From a phage: 64,000 bases of DNA. This document shows positions 10,389 to 27,107 of this stretch, in pieces; within the stretch, counting starts at the first letter, position 1, and each line of letters starts with the position of its first letter. A program made the position numbers and the translations under genes. The notes beneath the pieces are model-generated. The model was given only the letters and a program-made list of their open reading frames with translations. It was not told the origin of the DNA and did not search any database. The stretch is taken from NCBI GenBank assembly GCA_014686905.1, contig GCA_014686905.1_4093.1; one strand, given 5' to 3'.

Positions 10389-10724
10389 ATGAGATTTCGT
10401 GATCTTACTGAAGAGGCTCCTGGTAAAGATATACGCAATATGATTACTACTATTGCGTTGTCTTTAGTGTCCACGGGTCGAGAAGAAGTAAATGTTCAAT
10501 CTTTGATTTCTGAAATTAAAAAGAGAACCAACATCGATGTTCCATACAATGTAATGATGGACATTTTGAATTCCCTTCCTTTTGTACAGGATGCTAATTC
10601 TGATGTTGTAACTTTTGCAGGAAATTCAGCAGAAGGTTCAGAAGAAGTCGAGCAAGATTCTGAAGAGCAAGTTGAAGATTGGGCCACAAAAGCTGCTGTG
10701 ACAGCAAATAAACAAAAAAACTGA
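10389..10724 (+). CDS. hypothetical acidic protein
   Basis: 111-aa ORF, acidic C-terminal half. Confidence 0.4.
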   Translation: MRFRDLTEEAPGKDIRNMITTIALSLVSTGREEVNVQSLISEIKKRTNIDVPYNVMMDILNSLPFVQDANSDVVTFAGNSAEGSEEVEQDSEEQVEDWATKAAVTANKQKN

Positions 10725-10750
10725 GACAAATTAAAATATAATGCTATAAT
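10722..10750 (+). promoter_or_regulatory. sigma70-like promoter, TGAGACAAA class
   Basis: TGAGAC-17-TGcTATAAT upstream of nuclease gene. Confidence 0.55.
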
Positions 10751-10763
10751 TAGGAGTACACGG

Positions 10764-11483
10764 ATGTACACACCACCAATTGTTAGCAGATATACATATG
10801 TTGGTTACAATAGAATTGAAGGCGGCCCAGAAGGTCGCCTTTATTCAACTCCAACAGGTAATCTGCCGTCAGTAACAACAATTCTAAGTGCGACCTCGAA
10901 TGACGAAGGTTTAAAGAAATGGAGAGAATTTGTTGGTGAAGAAAAGGCTAATGAGATTACATTAGAAGCATGTACAGTTGGTACTTTTATGCATGAGAAC
11001 TTGGAATTTAGATTGGAAGGAAAGCCAGACCATGAAGGCGGTATGCCAATTCGAGTTCTTGCACGTAGAATGGCTGACAAAATTCAGCAAGAAGCATGGC
11101 CTAGAATTAATGAAGTATGGGGACAGGAAGTCCCATTGTACTATGAAGGTTTATGGGCCGGAACAACTGATTTAGTAGGTGTTCATGATGGAATCCCAAC
11201 CATTATGGATTATAAAAATTCCCGTAAAGTTAAGAAGTGGGGACAAATCGAAAATTATCGTATGCAAATTGCAGCATATGCATTAGCCCATAATCAAATG
11301 TTTGGTACTAATATAGAACGTGGTGTGATTTTCATCTGTGTAAGAAAAGATCCTAACAATCTACAATATCAAGAGTTTGTCATAGAAGGTCAAGACTTCA
11401 AAGATGCAGTCAATATGTGGATTGAACGTGTAGAACAATACTATATTTTACGTGGAGAAATTGAATCAAATGGAGCAGCATAA
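10764..11483 (+). CDS. PD-(D/E)XK nuclease, RecB/Cas4-like
   Basis: Motifs GTTDLVGV (DxV), IMDYKNS (E/D-x-K) and QIAAYALA (QhxxY); AGGAG RBS. Confidence 0.5.
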   Translation: MYTPPIVSRYTYVGYNRIEGGPEGRLYSTPTGNLPSVTTILSATSNDEGLKKWREFVGEEKANEITLEACTVGTFMHENLEFRLEGKPDHEGGMPIRVLARRMADKIQQEAWPRINEVWGQEVPLYYEGLWAGTTDLVGVHDGIPTIMDYKNSRKVKKWGQIENYRMQIAAYALAHNQMFGTNIERGVIFICVRKDPNNLQYQEFVIEGQDFKDAVNMWIERVEQYYILRGEIESNGAA

Positions 11484-12024
11484 AAAAATGAAACAAGATC
11501 TATATACAATTCGTGCACTAGTAAGTAAAGGTTATGATTTAGAAGAAGTAATTAAACTTAGTGAAGAAGAGATTGATAAACTTGATTTATCAAATAAGCT
11601 AATTCTAAATATCAAAGATTATAAACAACGTGGTGCTAAACCTGTTGAAGAAATTAAAGAACAAATTGCACAAGATATTAGTGTTGATGAAGTATCACGC
11701 AATGTACCACCAGAAGTTATCCAAGAGTATGTTGTTGATAGTGAAGAACAAGTTAAAGTTTCTGAAGAAGTTGAAATTATTGCAGAAGAACTTGCTCCTG
11801 AATTGGAAGAAGATGAAGTCGTTATTGAGCGTGTTGTTTCATCTAAAGAAGATTTGGACATTATCAAAGAAGCATTACAGACTAAAGAATTTAAAAGTGT
11901 TTCCAACTATGTTAAACATTTAAAATCTTTAGTACCAGAACAAATTTTATCTTCTGTAGATAGCTCAGTTGTATCTCAACTAATTAATGAGCGTATTGCG
12001 GAAGTTAAAGAAAAAGCTAAATAA
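11470..12024 (+). CDS. hypothetical acidic E-rich protein
   Basis: Track ORF 11452..12024 starts GTG; start uncertain (ATG 11470 or 11488). Confidence 0.35.
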   Translation: MEQHKKMKQDLYTIRALVSKGYDLEEVIKLSEEEIDKLDLSNKLILNIKDYKQRGAKPVEEIKEQIAQDISVDEVSRNVPPEVIQEYVVDSEEQVKVSEEVEIIAEELAPELEEDEVVIERVVSSKEDLDIIKEALQTKEFKSVSNYVKHLKSLVPEQILSSVDSSVVSQLINERIAEVKEKAK

Positions 12025-12052
12025 TCCTATAATACTATAGGAGATAGTTTTT

Positions 12053-12634
12053 ATGGCACAACAACAAATTGCTTTACAACAAGTAAGAACTGGTAAACAG
12101 AGAGACTTACCTGATGCATTAGAAAAAGGTCAGATAGGATTCAGTACTGATGTGGGTCGTGTTTTTATTGGCCTTCCATCATCATCTGACCCCGCCAGCT
12201 TAGTTGCAGGTAGAACTTGGACTACTGATCCAAATTCAGGTAAAGAAAACGTAGAAATAATTACAGAATTTTCACCGTGGAGAACGGTATCAAAAATAAT
12301 TAACAGACCGTTTAAAGTTGATCTTCCACAAAATCAAGAAAGTATAGAAGTTATTCTTGAAAGTGAAAGTAGAGTATTCATCGATTATATTGCATATGAT
12401 GATACCGAAACGGTTTTGGAATCAGGAACTATTCAAATTGTAGCTGCTGGTACAAACACGATGATTGCACAGTCAAATAATACAAATAGAACTGACGCAA
12501 TTATTTCTATCTCATTTGAAGATCCTGCATATGATTCTACAACTGGAAATATGCAATTTAACATAGTTAACTCGGATTATTTAAATTCAGGATATCATAT
12601 AGAATTTGTATATCGTGGGTGGGACAAACCTTAA
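12053..12634 (+). CDS. hypothetical protein
   Basis: 193-aa ORF followed by terminator. Confidence 0.45.
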   Translation: MAQQQIALQQVRTGKQRDLPDALEKGQIGFSTDVGRVFIGLPSSSDPASLVAGRTWTTDPNSGKENVEIITEFSPWRTVSKIINRPFKVDLPQNQESIEVILESESRVFIDYIAYDDTETVLESGTIQIVAAGTNTMIAQSNNTNRTDAIISISFEDPAYDSTTGNMQFNIVNSDYLNSGYHIEFVYRGWDKP

Positions 12635-12656
12635 AAGGCGTCCCGCCTTTTTCTTC
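12633..12656 (+). terminator. rho-independent terminator
   Basis: AAAAGGCG-TCC-CGCCTTTT hairpin plus T-tract after stop. Confidence 0.6.
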
Positions 12657-12697
12657 CACTAAAAAAAGAAATTTACATCAAAAAACAAGGATGACAC

Positions 12698-15016
12698 ATG
12701 ATTAACGTAACCAAGCGTAATGGAATGAAAGAGCCGTTATCATTGGATAAGATCCATCAAATTTTATTTTTCGCTGCTGAAGGTTTAAGTGGTATTTCAG
12801 TTTCTGAAATTGAAATCCGAGCACAGCTTCAGTTTTATGAAGGTATTGAAACTAGTACTATTCATGATATTCTTATTAAAGCAGCAGCAGAACTTATTTC
12901 AGAAGATACACCTAATTACCAATATGTTGCTGGAAGACTATTAAACTATAGTATTCGTAAGCAAGTATATGGGCAGTATGACCCAATTAAATATACTGCT
13001 CATCTTCAAGAAATGGTTGATACCAAAATATATGATCCTGAAATTCTTGAGAAATATACTCTTCAAGAAATAGAAGAGCTTGGACGTTATATCAAACATA
13101 AACGTGACGATAAATTTACTTATGTTGCAATGCGTCAATGGGAAGGAAAATACCTTTACAAAAATCGCGTTACTAAGAAAATTTATGAAACTCCACAAAT
13201 GGCATATATGACTATTGCAGCAATCATCTTTATGGAGTATGATCGTTCTGTTCGTATGTCATATGTTAAAAAGTTTTATGATGCAGTAAGTAACTTTGAC
13301 ATTAGTCTTCCTACGCCTATTATGGCTGGTCTACGTACAAATACACGTCAGTTTAGCTCTTGTGTAGTACTAAACGTTGGTGACAGCTTGGATAGTATTG
13401 GTTCCTCTAACCACGCTATTCTACGTTATATTTCACGTAAAGCTGGTCTTGGTATTAATATGGGCCGCATTCGTGCTCTGGACTCCGAGATTCGTTCAGG
13501 TGATGCAGTACACACTGGGCTGATTCCGTTCATTGCAGCTACTGCTAAGACTGTTAAAAGCTGTTCACAAGGTGGTGTTCGTGGTGGTGCAGCAACTGTT
13601 CACTTCCCATTGTGGCATTTGGAATTTGATAACTTGGTAGTCCTTAAAAATAACAAAGGTACTGAGTTTAACCGTGTGCGTCAACTGGACTATTGTTTCC
13701 AAGTAAACAAAACTTTGTATCAACGTTTGGTTGATGGAAAGAATATTACATTCTTTAGTCCTAATGAAGTCCCTGGGCTATATGAAGCATTCTGCTCTGA
13801 TCAAAAAGAATTTGAAAAGTTATATAAAAAATACGAAGCTGACCAAAGCATCCGTAAAAAATCCGTACCTGCTGTTGAAGTATTCAGTACTTTAATGACT
13901 GAGCGTGCTGAAACTGGGCGTATCTATATTCAAAATATTGACCATGCAAACACTCATTCAACATTTATTGAATCTATTGCACCTATTGAACAATCCAACT
14001 TGTGTCAAGAAATCGCACTACCATCTGTGCCATTTGATGACATTAATACTGGGGAAGGTTTGATTAGTTTATGTACATTGAGTGCAATCAACTGGGGTAA
14101 CTTTGACCGTCCAGAAGATATGGAAACGGCATGTGATCTTTCTGTTCGTGCTCTTGATTCTCTATTAGACTATCAAGACTACCCAGTAGTTCATGCTGAC
14201 CGTGCTACAAAAATGTATCGTCCACTAGGTGTTGGTATTATTAACTTTGCATACTTCCTTGCTAAACGTGGTTTACGTTATAATGAAGCAGCACTAGAAA
14301 CAGTTAACGAGTGGGCCGAGGCATGGTCTTACTATCTAATTAAATCTTCTGTACAGCTTGCTAAAGAGAAAGGTAAGTGTGAAGGATTTGATAATCTAAA
14401 ATATGCCAAAGGTATCCTTCCAATCGATACTTATAAATCGGACATTGATGAATTAGTAACTAAAGAACTAAAACAAGATTGGGAATCCTTACGTGCCGAT
14501 ATCAAAGAATATGGTATTCGTAACGCAACAACAATGGCATTAATGCCAGCAGAAACAAGTGCACAAATCAGTAACAGTACTAACGGTATTGAAAAGCCAC
14601 GTTCTCTTGTAACGAAGAAACTATCTAAGGATGGTATTCTTAAACAAGTAGTTCCAGAAATCAATAAGTTGAAAAACAAATATGATTTACTATGGGATCA
14701 GAAAGATAACATTGGTTATCTACAAATCTGTGGTGTTCTACAAAAATACATTGACCAAAGTATCAGTGTTAATACTAGTTATAACCCAATACACTTCCCT
14801 GATGGTAAGTTGCCAATGTCAACTCTTCTAACTGAACTTATGTATGCATATAAAGTTGGTTTGAAAAATCTTTATTATCATAATACAAATGATGGTTCAG
14901 ATGAAGTAGACGTTGAAAAAGTACTGAAAGAAGCTGCCAAACCAGAATCTGGACAATTTGTATTACCATCACTTCCTGATTTGGATGAAGGTGATTGTGA
15001 TAGTTGTAAAATCTAA
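12698..15016 (+). CDS. nrdA: ribonucleotide reductase class Ia large subunit
   Basis: 772 aa; N-terminal ATP-cone (VTKRNG...LDKI), RNR catalytic core, C-terminal CxxC tail. Confidence 0.92.
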   Translation: MINVTKRNGMKEPLSLDKIHQILFFAAEGLSGISVSEIEIRAQLQFYEGIETSTIHDILIKAAAELISEDTPNYQYVAGRLLNYSIRKQVYGQYDPIKYTAHLQEMVDTKIYDPEILEKYTLQEIEELGRYIKHKRDDKFTYVAMRQWEGKYLYKNRVTKKIYETPQMAYMTIAAIIFMEYDRSVRMSYVKKFYDAVSNFDISLPTPIMAGLRTNTRQFSSCVVLNVGDSLDSIGSSNHAILRYISRKAGLGINMGRIRALDSEIRSGDAVHTGLIPFIAATAKTVKSCSQGGVRGGAATVHFPLWHLEFDNLVVLKNNKGTEFNRVRQLDYCFQVNKTLYQRLVDGKNITFFSPNEVPGLYEAFCSDQKEFEKLYKKYEADQSIRKKSVPAVEVFSTLMTERAETGRIYIQNIDHANTHSTFIESIAPIEQSNLCQEIALPSVPFDDINTGEGLISLCTLSAINWGNFDRPEDMETACDLSVRALDSLLDYQDYPVVHADRATKMYRPLGVGIINFAYFLAKRGLRYNEAALETVNEWAEAWSYYLIKSSVQLAKEKGKCEGFDNLKYAKGILPIDTYKSDIDELVTKELKQDWESLRADIKEYGIRNATTMALMPAETSAQISNSTNGIEKPRSLVTKKLSKDGILKQVVPEINKLKNKYDLLWDQKDNIGYLQICGVLQKYIDQSISVNTSYNPIHFPDGKLPMSTLLTELMYAYKVGLKNLYYHNTNDGSDEVDVEKVLKEAAKPESGQFVLPSLPDLDEGDCDSCKI

Positions 15017-15021
15017 TTTAA

Positions 15022-15048
15022 GATCCCGCTTCGGCGGGATTATTATTT
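15022..15048 (+). terminator. rho-independent terminator after nrdA
   Basis: ATCCCGC-TTCG-GCGGGAT then TATTATTT. Confidence 0.6.
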
Positions 15049-15070
15049 CAAAATATATAAAGGAATATAT

Positions 15071-16195
15071 ATGTCAGTTTTCAAAATTAACGAGAAGTCT
15101 CACCTAGAAAAAAATATGTTTTTTGATGAAAGTGTTGATATCCAACGCTTTGAAAGTAACAAATACTCTACACTTGAAAAACTAACAGAGCAACAGAAAA
15201 GTTTCTTCTGGACTCCTGGTGAAGTTGACGTATCTAAAGATAAAATTGATTTTGCCAACCTTAATGATTCCGAGAAGCACATTTTTACCTCTAACTTGAA
15301 ACGTCAAATTCTTCTTGATTCCGTACAAGGTCGTGGTCCAAACCTAATGTTACTTCCATATGCATCTCTACCTGAACTAGAGAACTTTATAGAGACATGG
15401 GCATTCTTTGAAGGTGCGATTCATAGCAAATCATACACTCACATTATTCGTAACATTTATCCTAATCCATCTGAAGTATTTGATACTATGTTGGACATTC
15501 CAGAAATCACAGATTGTGCGGCTGATGTTTCCAAATACTACGATGAACTTGATGTATTAGGAACTTTATACCGTGCATTGGGCGTTGGGACACATACAAT
15601 CAATGGTGAAACAGTTGAAATTAGTTTGTACGAACTAAAGAAAAAACTTTGGTTGTGTCTGAATAGTATTAACATTCTTGAAGGTGTTCGTTTTTATGCA
15701 AGCTTTGCGTGTTCTTGGGCGTTTGCTGAAAACAATCTAATGGAAGGTAATGCTAAGATTATCCGTCTAATCTGTCGTGATGAAAACCTACACCTAGCAG
15801 CAACCCAAATGATTCTACGTCTTCTGAAAAAAGAAGATCCAGATATGGTAAAAATAGCAGAAGAGTGTTATGATGAAGTACTGGAAATGTTTATGTCTGC
15901 TATCCGTCAAGAAGAAGCTTGGGCAGACTTCCTCTTTAAAGATGGTTCAATCATTGGGCTGAATGCAGAAATCCTAAAACAATATGTTCGTTGGATTGGT
16001 TCTAAGCGTATGACTGCACTAGGAATTAAATGTCCATATACCGTATCTAAGAGTAACCCACTACCTTGGACTGAGCATTGGGTTAGTGGTGGTTCAGTAC
16101 AAGTTGCACCACAAGAAACTGAAATAAGTTCTTATATCATTGGTGGTATTGTGAATGATATCCAAGTAGATACATTCACACCATTCAAACTATAA
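15071..16195 (+). CDS. nrdB: ribonucleotide reductase class Ia small subunit
   Basis: 374 aa directly downstream of nrdA; ferritin-like di-iron fold pattern. Confidence 0.9.
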   Translation: MSVFKINEKSHLEKNMFFDESVDIQRFESNKYSTLEKLTEQQKSFFWTPGEVDVSKDKIDFANLNDSEKHIFTSNLKRQILLDSVQGRGPNLMLLPYASLPELENFIETWAFFEGAIHSKSYTHIIRNIYPNPSEVFDTMLDIPEITDCAADVSKYYDELDVLGTLYRALGVGTHTINGETVEISLYELKKKLWLCLNSINILEGVRFYASFACSWAFAENNLMEGNAKIIRLICRDENLHLAATQMILRLLKKEDPDMVKIAEECYDEVLEMFMSAIRQEEAWADFLFKDGSIIGLNAEILKQYVRWIGSKRMTALGIKCPYTVSKSNPLPWTEHWVSGGSVQVAPQETEISSYIIGGIVNDIQVDTFTPFKL

Positions 16196-16208
16196 ATTCA
16201 AACTAACA

Positions 16209-16230
16209 GGGATTCTATGAATCCCTTTTC
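16209..16230 (+). terminator. rho-independent terminator after nrdB
   Basis: GGGATTC-TAT-GAATCCC-TTTTCTT. Confidence 0.65.
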
Positions 16231-16245
16231 TTATGGGTATAATAT

Positions 16246-17846
<1,601 letters not shown>

Positions 17847-17849
17847 TAA

Positions 17850-17880
17850 AAAAGGAGCAACAAAATGTTGCTCCTTTTAT
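17850..17880. terminator. bidirectional terminator between convergent genes
   Basis: 9-bp stem AGGAGCAAC/GTTGCTCCT, A-tract 5' and T-tract 3'. Confidence 0.7.
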
Positions 17881-17881
17881 T

Positions 17882-19284
<1,403 letters not shown>

Positions 19285-19369
19285 TGTTAATCTCCAATCT
19301 TATTGTTATTTTTATAAAGTATTTACCCAATTTTACGTTTTACATAGTTTATATGGAGAAAGAAGTAAT

Positions 19370-20672
<1,303 letters not shown>

Positions 20673-20699
20673 CTTGAAATGTAAAAATCAGTCGAGGGA

Positions 20700-22043
20700 A
20701 TGATGAGTAAAATTAAGCTTACGGATAAGCAACAAGAAATCTTTGATGATTTTATAGATCGTGTTTACAACTATGCAGGTAAGACCATTTCGGTTTTGTC
20801 TGCCCCAGCAGGAACTGGAAAAACATTCACTACTGCTGAGATTGTAAAAGCACTATGTAAAAACTATAATATTGCAGTAACTTCACCTACACATAAAGCC
20901 AATGCTGTTATTCGTAATATGCTAATCAATAATGCTGGTCTTACTAAGGAAGATGCACAAGTTAGTACAATACACTCTTTTTTAGGACTAAAATTAGTAT
21001 ATGAAAAGAATCGTCAAGTACTGAAACATGATCCCCAAAGTAAAGTTAGTAATACTAACGTTGACATTCTTATTGTTGATGAGTGTAGTATGATTTCAGA
21101 AGAATTATTCCAACATATTCAGGATCAATTGTGGCGTGTCCGTCGAGCAGTTTTATTCATTGGTGATCGTTGTCAATTGCCCCCAGTTGAGTCCGAAGGT
21201 ACAATGGGAGAGACTAAATTGTCTCCTACGTTTGATGTACCTGTTCAATATGAGTTAACTGAGGTTTTACGTCAAGCATTGGATAATCCGATTTTGGCAG
21301 TTGCAACTGCTATTCGAGAGTGTATTGGAACTAGTAAAAATCCATTTGATATTATGCATCAGACATATGGTTTAAGCACTATTACACCTATTGATGATGA
21401 AGATTTATTTTTAGATGTTTATCGTGAATTTATTATGGAAAACAAGGGTTCATCTAAAAAAATATTTGATTTCGTAAATGAAAATAAAATCTTAGCATAT
21501 ACTAACTATCGAGTTAATTTGGCTAATATTTACATTAGAAGTCAACTATTTGAAGTACCAGATGAATTTACTAAAGGTGAACCAATTGTTTTTGAAAGCA
21601 TAACTGAGAATAGTCCATATGTAGTACAACAAATTATACAATGTCCTGAAGTGAAACGTGAAAGTTTTATGGGGATTGATTGTTGGCAATTCCGTTTACC
21701 TAATGGTAGTTATATTTTAGGCGTAGGACCAGAAACAAGAATTGCAATGGACGAAAAACTAGATAAACTTGTTAAGGATATTGAGAAAAAAGAAATAAAT
21801 CCATTGACAAAGAAACCATATATGTGGCAGGATTACTATGTAATAAAGAATAAATTGCATATTATCAATTATCCTTACGCAACAACTGTTCATAAATCGC
21901 AAGGAAGTACTTTTGATAACATTTGGTTTGATACTGATTTTATTGAACGTATTGGTACAAATGATACTAAGTGTAGAATTTTATACACTGCCATGACACG
22001 TCCACGATATAGTGTTATGTTGAGACAAAATGCACGATTCTAA
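20700..22043 (+). CDS. dda: Dda-like SF1B DNA helicase
   Basis: Walker A APAGTGKT, SPTHKA, STIHSFLG, LIVDECSMI, HKSQGSTFD, YTAMTRPRYSV. Confidence 0.85.
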   Translation: MMSKIKLTDKQQEIFDDFIDRVYNYAGKTISVLSAPAGTGKTFTTAEIVKALCKNYNIAVTSPTHKANAVIRNMLINNAGLTKEDAQVSTIHSFLGLKLVYEKNRQVLKHDPQSKVSNTNVDILIVDECSMISEELFQHIQDQLWRVRRAVLFIGDRCQLPPVESEGTMGETKLSPTFDVPVQYELTEVLRQALDNPILAVATAIRECIGTSKNPFDIMHQTYGLSTITPIDDEDLFLDVYREFIMENKGSSKKIFDFVNENKILAYTNYRVNLANIYIRSQLFEVPDEFTKGEPIVFESITENSPYVVQQIIQCPEVKRESFMGIDCWQFRLPNGSYILGVGPETRIAMDEKLDKLVKDIEKKEINPLTKKPYMWQDYYVIKNKLHIINYPYATTVHKSQGSTFDNIWFDTDFIERIGTNDTKCRILYTAMTRPRYSVMLRQNARF

Positions 22044-22126
22044 AAAACTAAATGTTATACGTAAATATTTTTGATTTTTAATAATAAATAATCAAAAGTG
22101 TTTTGTATTATGGAGAAGAATATACA

Positions 22127-22693
22127 ATGAACAATTTACTACAAGTATTTAAAATTGAAGTTTCAGGGACGAACCTAGATAATATCCCATATTATATGTA
22201 TGGTGATTATGATTCATCTTCCCCAACAACCGCACCTACTGACCAGCAAACTATTGATAAGTCAATCGCACTTTTGCGTTATCTACAACTTTCACGTTTG
22301 CTCTCAACGTATTCAGTACCAGTTTATAGTAAAGTTGAATTTTCTACACCTGGGACTGCAAAAACTATCCCAACTGGTGCAACAATTACAGTTGGTTATA
22401 TTAGTTATCAACCGTTTATTAACACACTAAGTGTTGCTGACCAAGCTGCACTAACTACTGAAGATATGAAAACTGCAAAAGCTGCTGAAATAATTCAAAA
22501 ACTAATCAATGATTCATTGAAAGGTGACGGTACTAATGCTATCGTAAATGAAGAAATAACTGTACAAAAAACCATTCAGAGAATCAAGAACGCACTTACT
22601 ACAAGTACTGTTGATTTTATTGAATATGAGAACGTGTATCTTAATGTTCCTTCAGTTACTGATGCATCAGTAGTATCTTACGTTAAATTATAA
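22127..22693 (+). CDS. hypothetical protein
   Basis: Track ORF 22103 (TTG); ATG 22127 with GGAGAAG RBS. Confidence 0.4.
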   Translation: MNNLLQVFKIEVSGTNLDNIPYYMYGDYDSSSPTTAPTDQQTIDKSIALLRYLQLSRLLSTYSVPVYSKVEFSTPGTAKTIPTGATITVGYISYQPFINTLSVADQAALTTEDMKTAKAAEIIQKLINDSLKGDGTNAIVNEEITVQKTIQRIKNALTTSTVDFIEYENVYLNVPSVTDASVVSYVKL

Positions 22694-22716
22694 TTTTATA
22701 ACATGGAGTTCTTGAC

Positions 22717-22911
22717 ATGACTGACAAAACATTTTATGATCGTATTATTGAAGACAAGGGAGTTTTTGATAAGGTAGTTTATGACCTAGAACTTATGATC
22801 AAAGACGCACCAAACCCACGTGTGCGAACCCAAGCAGAATTTGCAAAAACTTATCTTGTTCAAGTTCAAGCAATCTGTGAAGCAATTAAAAAACACAATG
22901 ATAGTGCTTGA
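22717..22911 (+). CDS. hypothetical small protein
   Basis: 64-aa ORF. Confidence 0.35.
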   Translation: MTDKTFYDRIIEDKGVFDKVVYDLELMIKDAPNPRVRTQAEFAKTYLVQVQAICEAIKKHNDSA

Positions 22912-22936
22912 CAGAACTAATGTTCTATCCTATAAT
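22908..22936 (+). promoter_or_regulatory. consensus sigma70 promoter upstream of IF3-like gene
   Basis: TTGACA-17-TATAAT exact consensus. Confidence 0.65.
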
Positions 22937-22980
22937 TACTATCGAACAAAACATTAAAATCATATTGGAGCTTTTATTAC

Positions 22981-24043
<1,063 letters not shown>

Positions 24044-24056
24044 AATATAGACTTAA

Positions 24057-26220
<2,164 letters not shown>

Positions 26221-26221
<1 letters not shown>

Positions 26222-27012
26222 TGCCAAGTAAAAGTAAAAGTCAGGCGAAGTTTTTCGCTGCCGCTGCTCATAATCCAGAATTTGCTAAAAAAGCGGGCAT
26301 TTCACAAAGTGCAGCAAAAGAGTGGAACGCTGCTGATGAGAAGGAAGGAAATCTTAAAAAAGGATCAAAACTCCCTGATAAAGTTAAAGAATCTAGTATG
26401 CGTAGTTTGGTTGATATTGTACAAGATGCAGAACTAGCTGATACAGATGACAGAACTTGTGATATAATGGATTCATGTGACGATGAAAAAGATAAGCTGG
26501 ATGAAATGCCACAACGCTTCGATAGTTTTCAAGGTCAAGACAGAGATGAGTTTGTTGATAAAACTGCTGAAATGACTGGTAAGAAAAATATGGTAAAATT
26601 CGCGGAACATAAAGAATATGATGTTTACATGAATAAGCATGGCACAGGTTTTATTGCTTATGATAAGGCGGGTAAACAGCTTGCTATCGTTAGTGGACAT
26701 TTATCCAATGATGCAGTCCTCGGTGTTCCTAATGTGTTTCAGATTGCTGCCACAGCTTCTAAAACCGGAACTAAGGGCATCATCTATAATATTTTTATGG
26801 ATATGGTAGCTAATGGTGTAAAAGTACTGAGCGACAGTCTTCATACCGATGATGCAATTAAATTTTGGACACGTCTAATTGGCTCACATCAAGTCTACAT
26901 AGTAGGTGGTGGTGAAGTTCTTGCAAAGGCAAGTTTAGATAAAGTTCATAAGTACTGGAGTGATGATGAATCAAGTCCAAGTGCTGAACTTAAACTTATG
27001 TTAGTAAAATAA
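26221..27012 (+). CDS. hypothetical protein
   Basis: 263 aa, strong terminator downstream. Confidence 0.4.
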
Positions 27013-27013
27013 T

Positions 27014-27045
27014 ATATCGGGACTAGATGTCCCGATATTTTTTTT
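27014..27045 (+). terminator. rho-independent terminator
   Basis: ATATCGGGAC-TAGAT-GTCCCGATAT followed by T8. Confidence 0.75.
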
Positions 27046-27073
27046 GAGACAAAAATGACATTGATGATACAAT
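27045..27073 (+). promoter_or_regulatory. sigma70-like promoter, TGAGACAAA class, upstream of topoisomerase genes
   Basis: TGAGAC-17-TGaTACAAT. Confidence 0.5.
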
Positions 27074-27107
27074 GTTTTAGGACAAAGAGACACGATAAGG
27101 AAATCAA

